From Octopus sinensis (Eukaryota): 64,000 bases of DNA. Positions 26,973 to 38,910 of the stretch are shown piece after piece (position 1 is the stretch's first letter; every line of letters starts with the position of its first letter). Under the pieces are notes generated by a model. It was not told the DNA's origin, ran no database searches, and saw only the letters and a list, made by a program, of their open reading frames with translations. The stretch covers positions 7,998,001-8,062,000 of the forward strand of contig NC_043015.1 in the NCBI RefSeq assembly GCF_006345805.1, read 5' to 3'. A program made the position numbers and the translations under genes.

Positions 26973-27760
26973 TTACTTATATATAGGCATACATATATGT
27001 ATTTATAAGTATAGAATATATAATATATAAATATTCATACATACATAAATATATTTACACATACATTCATATGCGTATCTCTTCCCCCTCTATCCATCTT
27101 TCTCTCAATGTGTGTGTGAATGTCTGTGAATGTGTGTGTGTGTGTATGATTATATGTATGATCGGAAAAACGCTTCTGTTGTGCACAAAGCTTCCTCTCT
27201 ATTTGAAGGAAATAACTTTTTTCCGTTTTTGTGAAATGAATAGTCTACGTAATATTGTCAATAAACCCTTGTCGTGAAAAGTGAGTAAGCATATATTTAA
27301 ACACCAAAATATGAATAAATATATCCGTAAAATAACTAAGCGATTCTAACTGAAACACTTTTGTATAATGTTTTGCTCGAATTTGGTTCATTGGTGAGTT
27401 ATAGAAAACATCGACATCCAACTCGCTATAGTGCTTGGATGTATTTAACATGATGCGTACAAATTTTGCGTCTACGTTCCATTGAAATTCAGAGTGCATG
27501 TGGGAAAAGTTTCGGTTTAATAGGGATTTATGAGAAAACCAAGTGAACATACTTGAAGCAAGATTCCATTCGCAGCTAAATAAATTTCCAAATTGATATA
27601 CACCCATAGAAGCAAACCAGGTCTTTGATCTAATGTGTTTTTTAAAAACAAATATAGGGAATGCAGTTCTATATTTAAGAGATGAGGAATTACGTACGTT
27701 ATTTATATTATTTACATTATTTACAATTGACGGATATTTGTCCTCATCTTGTTTGTTGTT

Positions 27761-27806
27761 AACACAAAGTTTCGGCTGATATACTCTCCAGCCTTCATCG
27801 GGTGTC
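27761..27806 (-). ncRNA. Minimal type I hammerhead ribozyme motif, mutated
   Basis: Minus strand: GACAC-CCGATGA-A-GGCTG-(10-nt loop)-CAGCC-GAAA-CTTT-GTGTT. Stem II is intact, but the core U4 is C and the stem III palindrome is broken. Confidence 0.6.
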
Positions 27807-28006
27807 TTGGGGAAATATTGAACCTGGGTTCTTATTCCTAAGGTATTTTTTGATGTTGTTATTATCAATATCATTATTGTTGTTATTATTATTATTATTG
27901 TCACTGCCTGGAATCGAACTCGGAATTTTGACATTGATAATAATAATCCTAACACCATAAAAAAAAATACCTTAGAAATGAGAAACCAGGTTCAAAATTT
28001 CCCCAA

Positions 28007-28052
28007 AACACCTGATGAAGACTGGAGAGTATATCAGCCGAAACGTTGTGTT
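28007..28052 (+). ncRNA. Minimal type I hammerhead ribozyme motif (Penelope/retrozyme type)
   Basis: AACAC-CTGATGA-A-GACTG-GAGAGTATAT-CAGCC-GAAA-CG-TT-GTGTT. Core CUGAUGA and GAAA are intact. Stem I AACAC/GTGTT; stem II has one A.C mismatch; loopless palindromic stem III (AACGTT); GUU cleavage triplet. Confidence 0.75.
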
Positions 28053-28261
28053 AACAACAAACAAGATTAGGTTAAATATCCGTCAAATATAAATAATGTA
28101 AATAATGTAATAATGGTGTTCCTCTGACGAAATATGTGTAGAAACAAATGGTATAAACACAATGCTGTTTATCTTACTGCTTTCAATTTTCATATGTATA
28201 TATATATATACTCTGTCAGTGCTAGTGTTATGTAGAGTCATACTCAATTAAGTCTGAAGCC

Positions 28262-28303
<42 letters not shown>

Positions 28304-30886
28304 CAAACGTATGTTTAATGCATATGCACAGATATTTAAACACATACTGTCATTCGTACACACACACTTTTAAATGTGTATATGCATACGTTTATATTAA
28401 TGTGTATATATGTGTGCACGTGCGTGCAAGTGCGATTTTTTGTTTACATAAATCAGTTGAGTGTGGAGAAAACACTTATGTGACACTATTTAATTTGACA
28501 TTATTTCTAATCTGTTAGATTTTACGATTACCGTAGGGAATGGTTATCTTATTTTCCTTTTATTCCATTTATTATACGTTTCTATATGCTAAGAATATAT
28601 ATATTTATTTATGTTACGTGTGATCAATGCCTACCACTTTCAGGCTGTGTTTGGCAAACAAAGTAACTCTCAATAAGAGACCGTGCTGACTTTGTTGGAA
28701 GCATGTCAACTGGTCTGTGTGGTGCTGTAGTAGAAAATCAAACATCAAGGCTATGGTCAGTCAATTTAATCTAGACATTTGTTTTTTTGTATTTTGTTTT
28801 CCTTTTTTGCTTTTCGGTATTCGAAACTTTTACTCCGTTCCGAACGGCAAATAAATTGAATTGTAAGCTATTAAATGGAGGTTGCTCAGATCAGCAATAT
28901 ACATTTATTTCCAGTGGCGTAAACATGTCATTCCTTTATCATATTATCAGTAGTGGAATATAATACCTCTTCTCTAAGGTCTTAACGCTTATCACAGCGA
29001 CATACAATCAAATTAAAAAGATAACGTAAAAAAAAGTACAACCTTTAAGAATGTTTAAAATAACGATTGTTGTTGTTACTGAAAATAATGATGTTCCTTC
29101 GCCCCAGGTTATCGCTGATAGAGCAGATAGACCTATAATCAGCGGTTATGTCAGCAATGTCCATACTGAATTTTCTTGTGGAATAGGGTAGCCCTGGGCA
29201 ATATTATGCAATGGGAAATAATGGGTGAGGTGTCTATGAGTGGAAATTTGGCTGTTATTTCTAGCTTGTTGAAACGCAATTCTGAACTTTCTTCATTCCT
29301 TTGATGTTGATTGTATAGCTGTTTATTCACAGCTCTGACTTAATCGAACTGATTTGAAATCAAAGCACGCAACCCGTCGACGTCCTGTCTATTCTGTCAG
29401 ATGTGCAGCTACTGTATATATCGTACTTTCCTTTTTATCCGATAGTTTTAAGATCGGTCTTTTTAATTCTAGCGTGTCAAGATATCACTAAAATTCTCTC
29501 CTGTAGGCGAGATGTTACAACTATGAGACTCGCATAAAATAAAATGTGAAAGCTCTTTCTATTTACCAATGAAACCATCTTATTTCTGTTGATGCAAATC
29601 ATGGATCGTCTATAGCGTTGCTTTGCTTTCTCCGACAACTGTCATATCTCCCTAAACTTCCAAACTAAGTTCATAAATGAAAATGACAATGATTATATAT
29701 TCTTTGTCAGAGCATTTCTGGACATATGTCTGCTCTCGCTAAGCAGAACTAGAGTTATTAAAGTCAAATATATTAAGGTTAGTTTAACGCATTATTCTAT
29801 GTATACTGAAAATTTTCGCTTTTGAATAGCCTATATTATATTTCGTATCTTCTAGATTTAAATTAGCAAATATGGCGCTTGTCCATATTTCAACCATAGT
29901 ATTTATGCAGGGTAAGTTTACTAGATGGCATTTAGTAGGTTCTGCGATATATCCAACACTTTATTGCGTCTAATTTGAACGTAACTATTCAACATAAATA
30001 AATGTGTATTTCATTTTCATCTGAGAGTTGTCGTGCCAACTAGGTGAGAAGTGGTGAAGTAGTTTATATCGATTTTGTAACGGCGTTTACTGTTAAGATG
30101 TATCTAACTTCTGGCATAATAATTCAATTTCGTCCAGGATTTATCTATGAATAGATTTGATCTCTTTAGGTCAAGTCTATGTAACATTGATCATCTCGTT
30201 ATTTTTACAATGCTATCAATAAACACTTGATTTTTCCTACATATTCTCATGATAATTTAATACGTGCATATTCATGTATTTAAGGAGATCGCTCCATAAC
30301 CACGCCTAGACCAATCTAATGTCTTTTAACATATATTCAGGTTCATCAATACATTTGAATGAAAATTTCTGTAAAACGACGAAGGAAAATTCCCAGCATG
30401 GCTGACACCCGAGAAACACTTAATATGAAAAATTGTTGTATATGACACACAATCAATGCCCTTCCCCAAGAACTACAACATGAAGCATGTAGAATACATT
30501 AGGAAGTCACTGAATTTCTTGATGCTAAACGAAGCGAACAAAGAGCATTGTCTCTGGCTGCTATATTTCAGCAGAGAGAGTATATATTTGCAATCCCGAC
30601 ATAATTAGAACTTTCATTTAGTGAATTTATCGGAACAACATTATAAGCCATGAGAAAAGATCTTACAGATTGATATGGCGAAATTCAATAAAGGACAACA
30701 GAATAACAAGGATATTATAACAGATGATCTATTCTGAAGCAGGATTAAAAAAAAATACAACAGCAGATGCAATAATACCAATCCCCTGGAAGAAAATTGT
30801 TGCAGTTTACAAACATGTTTTACACCACCGAATGACGGTACTGCACACATAGAGGTAAAAACATGCATAAAATCATTGAAAATATA

Positions 30887-30976
30887 GTAGTAGTAGTAGT
30901 AGCAGTAGCAGTAACAGCAGCAGCAGCACCAGTAGTAGTAGTAGTTGTAGTAGTAGTAGTAGTAGTAGTAGTAGTA
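30887..30976. repeat. (TAG)n/(CAG)n trinucleotide microsatellite
   Basis: Direct reading. Confidence 0.93.
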
Positions 30977-31569
30977 ACAAGAATAATTCTTTCTCATGAT
31001 GGCAAAATGCCTGAAAACTTCTCTCACTGAAGGCCGCTAATTAATTTTACCAGCTCGCCACCTTATCAGGTGCTGTAATAGTAACGATGATGACTTCTTA
31101 AAGAAGCATATCAAGATGCAAATTTGAAGCAATTTTTACAATCAATTTTATCAATCTAAGAACTGAACCGGTAATAAATTTTTCGATCCCGGTGGGACGA
31201 ACAACAAATGATGATCTCGTTTGGATTTTTAGCTCACATCACTTAGAACCTGAAAAATATGACAGAAATCCCACAATTCACCGTCTGATATTTATATTTA
31301 AATTATATTGTACAACAATTTCAAGGCCAAGAGAAAAACATAGTTCTCCTGTACATTTTATTATGAAGTTGCTTGCTAAATTCGAATGTTACATCGAAAT
31401 TTCCCATCACCTCGCGTTTTCTTGTAAATCTCCGACTTAATAACTATGCAATTTATACCAATTTCCACGATACCATAAATTTCTTTTGCTCCCAAAGTCA
31501 GATTAATTCATAAATATATAATGAATCGGCATGATTGCTAGCATTATATAATGTATTAACATACATTTT

Positions 31570-32600
31570 AATATTTACATCTTCGTATATAACACATCTC
31601 TGGTATGCCATGCTTCAGGTTCCAGCAAAAGTCGGGCAGCATAGCCGGGCTCCATTTTCTCTTATACCTGTTTGCTATTGACGCTATATCTTGATGGAAC
31701 CTTGCTCTATGTTCATCAATCACATATCCTGCATTCTCTCGGAAGAAGAAGAGATGTGAATGAAGAAAGTGTCTCTCGCTGCGCCACTTCGTGCTTTCCC
31801 AGTAGTCCTTTGCGTACATCTTTGGATGCATACCAGGCCGTTATTTCAGTTTCATCTTTTGTTGCCTCGAAGTCCTAATCAGTTTTAAGTTGACGAATCT
31901 GATTGCCCACGAATATGCCCTCTCTAATTTTGGCCTTGAGGTACTGGAAACATGGCTTATTATGTTGTAGTGCTTTGGTAAATTGCTTCATGAGGCCTAG
32001 TTTTATATGCAGTGTTCGCATTGCATCCGGGTGTCATAATTTCCCGAGGTGGCCTTCTGAGCGTACATAATATCCTGATCTGGCCCTTATGATGTCCTAT
32101 TTGCAAAGGAAGCACATAAAACTGGTGTATCTAGTATGTAACCCATTAAGTATATCTACTAATTTCAACTCCGCAGAAAGAAATTCGCCATTAATGCCCC
32201 TTGTAAGTTATGTGGTCTAGAATAAAAGCGAGGGTCTCATATGACTCTCTTAAAACGACTGAATGAGAAACTGTAACCGAAGGCATGGTGTTCCCAATGT
32301 GCAATAGAATCGCTTTTATGTTGTAAAGCGAAGCATCAATGAATAACCTCTACTCATTTGATTCATAGATCAGCTCAAGGGCATTAAATAAATATCTTAT
32401 ATCATTACAATAAGTGAAGAATTGCTGTAAATCTGCAGAACGCTCCCAGAATACTCTAATTCGAGCATCTTTATTCAACCAGGTTCCATTGTTGCAGACG
32501 TGAAGCCGGGACTTCACTATGTTGCTTAGTGTTAAATCACGAACTAGATAATTGAGTTTAGCTTGGGTTATGAGGTGTTTTTTCTTGTCAGATTTACCAC
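31570..32600 (-). mobile_element. Chapaev3-type (CMC superfamily) DNA transposase relic
   Basis: Minus strand, with stops, frameshifts and deletions: HLITQAKLNYLVRDL..; YCNDIRYLFNALELIYESNE*RLFIDASLYNIKAILLHIGNTMPSVTVSHSVVLRESYE..; LHIKLGLMKQFTKAL..AKIREGIFVGNQIRQL..; HFLHSHLFFFRENAGYVIDEHRARFHQDIASIANRYKRKWSPAMLPDFCW. These match the widespread family motifs EWRLFIDSS..SLKAVLLHNGN..PS, PLHIKLGLMKQFVKAL, KEGIFVGPQIR and HFLHSHLDFFPENLGAVSDEHGERFHQDI..RYQGKWS..MLADYCW. The assignment to Chapaev3 is from recall. Confidence 0.85.
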
Positions 32601-33182
32601 GGATTTGGATCCATATAACTAAAACATTAGTGTATTTTTATAATTTTCCGAAGTTATATTGAGAAATACCTTAGAAACACTTCATTGATATTATATCAAA
32701 ATATGTTCATTACTTTCAGAGCTTTCAGTTTCGACCTAATCTTGTTTTCACTCAATTCATACAGAGCCATCAGTGTATCTAACATAAGTAAGATGGTAAT
32801 GTACGAGAAGCTAGAGGGTCACAGAAAGAAACGGATGTTATATTCAAGATCTACACTCAAAATACCCCTATAAAAGGTTATTCCCATTTCGGTTTCTTTT
32901 TTTTTTATTTCACTGTGTTACTGTGTTATCATTCACACAGGATTTGGGTTGCTGTGGTAATTTAGTCCAAGCTCAATACAGATCATACACAAACACTTAT
33001 CGAAGACGTTGCATCCATAACGCATATGTTGTTATTTTCTTCCAAAGAGGATTATATATTACAGAGTCAATTTCCTCATGAAAATTGTTGCTGTTTGTTT
33101 TGGGGCAGAATGACTTTGTTTCTCGCAGGCCGAGTGGCCATTTGGGTGTATTAATTTTGTCTCTCTTTTATCCTCTTTTCTT

Positions 33183-33363
33183 TTTTATTTGTTTCAATCA
33201 TTTGACTGCGGCCATGCTGGAGCTCCGCCTTTAGTCGAGCGAAAAGACCCAAGGCCTTATTCTTCGTAAGCCTAGTACTTATTCTATCGGTCTCTTTTGC
33301 AGAACAGCTAAGTTACAGGAACGCAGACACACCACCATCGGTTGTCAAGCGATGTTGGGGGAA

Positions 33364-33422
<59 letters not shown>

Positions 33423-33537
33423 CACGTGATCACCTGACCGACCAGGCTATCAGATGTTGCTACACATCGCTGGTCATAATGCGCATCGCATTGATTTAGC
33501 CTTCAAATGACGCCACCCCGCTGGCTAAGCGAGCAGG

Positions 33538-33595
<58 letters not shown>

Positions 33596-33747
33596 ACACG
33601 ACTGGCTTCTTTCCGTTTCCGTTTAAAAAATCCACTCACAAGGTTTTGGTCGGCCCCAGGCTATAGTAGAAGACACATGTCCACATGAACCCAGAACCAT
33701 GTGATTCGTAAGGAAACTACCTACCACATACCCACTCCTGCGCCTAT
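33183..33747 (-). mobile_element. Family B SINE interrupted by a 120-bp insertion at its internal microsatellite
   Basis: Collinear family B tail (33183-33380) and head (33598-33747). A GC-rich foreign segment at 33421-33540 lies between (TA)n tracts. Confidence 0.85.
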
Positions 33748-35269
33748 CTAATGCTGTTATGCATGTTGTGCATTCATCCAGATTTGATCTAAAAAACTGT
33801 CGTAATGTTGTCATTTATTCAGATACAGTGGTTATACGACTACCTTGTGTACATTTAAAAGTAGTGTGGCAACATAAGAGTAAGACTTCGTTTTTATTTT
33901 TAGCAGATTATTAATGTTGAGCCTTTTAAAGAGAAATTGAAGTAGAAGTTGACAATATTCTTTTATGGTTCATCCTGTATTTTACTAAGAGACATAGCAG
34001 TTATTTAAGTAAACTCAAATCAATATATGAGTCCAGAGTATAATTGATTTACCGAAGAGGATAGAGAAGGAGAATTAATACGTGGTGTGGGTTGTAGGCT
34101 AGTGTTTAATAACGCTGGCAATGTATTAGCTTTTAATCCTTCTTCTCAATAAAATAAACACTAGTAATATATTAGTAACGAATCGATTGCCTATATAGTG
34201 TGCCATTAAAAGGAACCTACATCTTTGTAAATAGATCGATATTTAAGGAACTTTACAAAGCTTAATAATTTAAATATTTTCTGATAAAGATCAAAGATTT
34301 TTTTTACTGTGGTATTATTAATGTTATTGTTAACATTAGGCATTTTTTCATTTTCATATTTCATACACCGGCTTTTAAATGGAAAATTAGGTCAGGTAAT
34401 TACTTTTACAAATGTTTCCTCTGAAATTTACTAAAAACATAAATTTTTCGGTGTATAATCAATTTTTATAGCAGTCATTTATTATTTATTATTTTTGTTG
34501 TTTTATATTTTCATGTTCGTAGTCAGTTAAGAAGAGTTCCTTGGCAACATACGGTGTAATTGATATACAAGTTATTTTAAGACTTGCAAAAGAAAAAAAA
34601 AAGAAATTCAAGAATTTGGTTGAGTTGGGAAGGAGATTTATAAAGCTGTACTAAATGAATTAATGTAACTAGTTCGGTAATTCAACTGCGTTGTGTTCAA
34701 GTCGATTTAGTGTTTGTTCCATTTGACGGATTACGCAACAAGTGTACAAAGAATAATAGGAGATAATCTCAAATAATTTCTTATCCACTGAATGTGCTGA
34801 ATTTCAATGGGAATCAAATTTAAATTTGGACAAAAGTAGCATAAACTATAATCTGTTTTATTCTAACTTTGATAAAGTTTCCATTACACGTAGCATTATA
34901 TGTTTTCACTGTAGTACATTGTATTATTTTCTTGAATAAATCATGAGTTTATCTGTGTCTAATCATCTAAGATATCAAACCGTGACATATATTCATTTGG
35001 CGGAAGATTATACAATCAATCAAAAAGCTACAGAATATTCCAGTCTCTATGACATTTCTTTAAGCATTTCAAGTGTCATATGAATGTTGAAACTTCTGAA
35101 AATTCTCTTTATATGTTTTCATCTAAGATATTTTTGATATAAATCAAATACAATATTAAGAAGGTGTAATACGAATCCTTTGCTGGAGCGTAAACAAAGC
35201 TAAGGTAGTGAAAGGTATACGAATAATAACTGATAACACCATTTTGCATTTCGAAAACTTGCATAAGGT

Positions 35270-35900
35270 CCAGGTGTAACCGTGTGGTAAGAAGCTTGCC
35301 TCCTAACTACGTGGTTCTGTGTTCAGTCCCACTGCGTGGCAACTCGAGGGTCTTCCACTATAATCTGAAGCCAACTAAAGCCCTGTGAGTGAACTTGGCA
35401 GAGGGAATCTGAAAAAAGCTCGTCGTATATATGTGTGTGTATGTGTGTGTGATTCCCCCACCACCTATATTTAAAAATAAAAACGAAGTCTTACTCTTAT
35501 GTTGCCACACTACTTTTAAATGTACACAAGGTGGTCGTATAACCACTGTATCTGAATAAATGACAACATTACCACAGTTTTTTAGATCAAATCTGGATGA
35601 ATGCGCAACATGCATAGCAGCATTAGATAGGCGCAGGAGTGGCTGTGTGGTAGGTAGTTTGCTTACGAATCACATGGTTCTGGGTTCATTCCCACTGTGT
35701 GGCACCTTGGGCAAGGGTCTTCTACTATAGCCTCGGGCCGACCAAAACCTTCGCAACCTATATTGGCGTGATTACGTTCCGATAACTTACCAGGCTTTAA
35801 AAGATTAGTCTTGTGGTCGATTTGCTCGACTGAATCCCTTCAATCTGGTGCACAAACGTGACGGCAATAGTCAAATGATGAAAAAAGTAAAGGATAAAGA
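35270..35900 (+). mobile_element. Old family B SINE split into 35270-35465 and 35752-35900 by an inverted local duplication
   Basis: The 5' half ends GATTCCCCCACCACC and the 3' half resumes CGCAACCTATATTGGCGTGATTACGTTCCGATAACTTA (family consensus GACAACCGATGCTGGTGTGTTTACGTCCCCGTAACTTA). The intervening 35472-35751 is the reverse complement of 33640-33902. Confidence 0.7.
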
Positions 35901-36686
35901 ATAAAATAATGTAGAATATAATGATACTCTACATAGCCACAATGACAACAAGTTTTTGGAAGAAGTGATAGCTGGTAAGATAAAACCAAAATACATCACT
36001 GTTACGGGGTCCTCAGATCTAATGTTTGACATGACAATTATTTATTTTATGGACCCTTGACTCTACTAGATTTCACAATATAAATGTAAGGACGAGTATA
36101 ATTAAATACAGCGAGTCATTAATTGAGCTGACCTTTTAACACTCCTCTTACTGAATGGAATTCATAAATTCAATTGCATAATATTTAGTAATTAGAGGTA
36201 TCTTGAAACGGCCTAATCATCTTAATGATTTAGAGGAAGCCTCGAAATTTTAACATTATTGCCTTTCCACATTATATCAGTAAATATTAGAAAATAGCTG
36301 CAAAATATTGTAATAACCCTTTGTAATGATAGCAACCTGCCTCAGGTCACCGATACTCAAGTAATCATATTTAAAAGAAAGCCTCCATTACATTCTAATT
36401 ACAGCATGCTTAATAATCCGTGATTACAGTTGGTCAAACCTAATGTAATATACGAATATATAAACTCAGGGTTAATTTACTAAACCACTCTGTAATCATG
36501 ATTATATTGAAAATTAATTGAAATATTTTGGCAGCTTGTCTATCCCCTGGGAATATGTTGGCGAAACGGTAAATAGGCGCTGACGTTGTTTTGCCAAGGT
36601 ATGAATAACCGTGTTTACGAGGCATATCACAGCACATTCTTAGGTCATGATGTGAAATTGATAGCAAAATTTTAAGTAGTATATCT

Positions 36687-36873
36687 ACTCTCTCTTTTAC
36701 TTCTTTCAGTCATTTGAGTGCGGCAATGCTGGAGCACCGCCTTTAATCGAGCAACTCGACCCCGGGACTTATTCTTTGTAAGCCCAGTGCTTATTCTATC
36801 GGTCTCTTTTTGCCGAACCGCTAATTGACGGGGACATAAACATACCACCATCGGTTGTCAAGCAATGCTAGGG

Positions 36874-36908
<35 letters not shown>

Positions 36909-37086
36909 CATACATACATATATACGACGGGCTTCTTTCAGTTTCCGTCTAACAAATCCACTCACAAGGCTTTGGTCGGCCCGAGGCTATAGTAGAAGAC
37001 ACTTGCCCAAGGTGCCACGCAGTGGGACTGAACCCGGAACCATGTGGTTGGTAAGCAAGATACGTACCACACAGCCACTCCTGTAC
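36687..37086 (-). mobile_element. Family B SINE
   Basis: Full-length collinear copy with head, CORE-like segment, internal microsatellite and tail. Confidence 0.9.
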
Positions 37087-37319
37087 TAGGTTAAGTAGTT
37101 TCTATATCATGCCTGAAATATTTCTGTCACACTTTTCATCATATTTTATCTTTCAGAAGACTAGGAGCATGATTTAAACAACTCTACCCTAGAATTCCAT
37201 TTAGACTTCATACTGCATAATCTCTGAGTATTCATTTGTTTAATGAACTAATCTAGCTACTCATTAAGTGACTACAGAATCCCCCATCAAGCACACCTTT
37301 AATGCAATTCACTGTCGAT

Positions 37320-37710
37320 GGATGGATGGAAGCACTCCGTCGGTTACGACGACGAGGGTTCCGGTTGATCCGAATCAACGGAACAGCCTGCTCGTGAAAT
37401 TAACGTGTAAGTGGCTGAGCACTCCACAGACACGCGTACCCTTAACGTAGTTCTCGGGGATATTCAGCGTGACACAGAGTGACAATGCCGGCCCTTTGAA
37501 ATACAGGTACAACAGAAACAGGAAGTAAGAGTGAGAGAAATTTGTGGTGAAAGAGTACAGCAGGGATCACCACTATCCCCTGCCGGAGCCTCGTGGAGCT
37601 TTAGGTGTTTTCGCTCAATAAACACTCACAACGCCCGGTCTGGGAATCGAAACCGCAATCCTATGACCGCGAGTCCGCTGCCCTAACCACTGGGCCATTG
37701 CGCCTCCACC
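37320..37710 (-). mobile_element. Family A SINE with TSD
   Basis: Near-identical to 541-926. 11-bp TSD TCACTGTCGAT at 37309-37319 and 37711-37721. Short (CCAT)n tail on the minus strand. Confidence 0.93.
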
Positions 37711-38134
37711 TCACTGTCGATATTAACCTGACAAAGCTGCGACCTAGTTGCATTTTCACATTGGTGTTACAATCAATCTAATGGCTTCCGGAATGCTTTT
37801 GCATCAGTTTCACTCATGAAACAGGCGTTGACTGAATGCTACCGTAAGTAACTCTAACCCAAATTACCATGAATTCTGAAATGACGCGCTGTGTAAGCAA
37901 CATTCGAAATGTCTGAAGAAATTCATTATTGTTTTTTGTTTTACGTACAATATTGGTAGCATGGGGGGAAACTATAAAAATACTACCACGACGAATACAT
38001 AATTCATGTAAGGCATTGATTTATGAGGAAGTGAGATATATCAATAGGTACAAAGTAATGTCAGAAAAGTCTACTTTGTTACAGATTACACTGTAGAAAA
38101 GATTGTGTCGAATAAAAATATTAAATATAGTAGC

Positions 38135-38281
38135 AAAAATCACAAGCGTGGCTGTATAGTAAGAAGTTAGCTTCCTAAACAAATAGTTCCGAGCTTAGCC
38201 GCATTTCGTGGTTCCTAGAGAAAGTGTTATTAACTACAGCCACGGGCCTACAAGGGACGGCTGATGGAAGTTGACAGAAGG

Positions 38282-38340
<59 letters not shown>

Positions 38341-38910
38341 ATAAATTAAATGGAGACAAGAAGTGGAACGAACCGACAAATCGAAACGAACCTGACGCGA
38401 GGCGCTGTCAGACAATAATGTGATAAATAAAAATATATGCATACATACAAACATATATGTACGTATCTACATCTACATGTATATATACATGCATATATAA
38501 ATAAATATACGTAAGTACAGGACGCCACAACAAGACGTAGAAACGGGAAAAACAAAAATTTTACAAGTACAGGACAGGCTACACAAGGAAAAATCCAAAT
38601 TTTTTACGAGAAAAACAAGTACAGGACATGCTACACAAGGAAAAATCCACCGTCATCAGCTGTCGCTAGTTAACTCAGGCGCGTTTCGAAGGCAGTGTAT
38701 TCGTGTGTGTGTCTTTGTGTGTTTGTTTCTCATCAGTGCTTGACAACCGTTGTTTGTTTGTTTGTTTACGCCCCCCTAAACTGGCAGATCACCAGAAGAT
38801 ACCTATAAAATACGCTAGAGGTTGTAAAAATGTACTGGGTAATTATGTTTGACTAACAATTGATCGAAGCAGTGCCCTAGCATGGCCGCAATCTAAGACT
38901 GAAATAGGTG
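38135..38910 (+). mobile_element. Degenerate family B SINE pieces (38135-38290 and 38700-38910) with an unrelated repeat between them
   Basis: GTGGCTGTATAGTAAGAAGTTAGCTTCC head-like segment and GCTTGACAACCGTTG...GCATGGCCGCAATCTAAGACTGAAA tail-like segment. The intervening DNA has a duplicated ACAAGTACAGGACA.GCTACACAAGGAAAAATCC unit. Confidence 0.55.

Larger units (their letters stand above)
27698..28113. repeat. Inverted pair of a hammerhead-bearing repeat (arms about 155 bp, spacer about 105 bp)
   Basis: About 27698-27852 is the reverse complement of about 27958-28113, with scattered mismatches. The spacer contains a minus-strand B-box-like GAGTTCGATTCC (27910-27921) and an (AAT)-rich tract. 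Confidence 0.9.

Noticed and set aside
30446-30888. Protein-looking plus-strand stretch (LPQELQHEACRIH*EVTEFLDAKRSEQRALSLAAIFQQREY..)
   Set aside because: Multiple stops and no recognisable family motif; may be an old transposon relic but cannot be called.
38645-38695. Minus-strand GAAACGCG...CTGATGA arrangement (possible type II hammerhead)
   Set aside because: Stem I, stem II and the NUH triplet could not be built.
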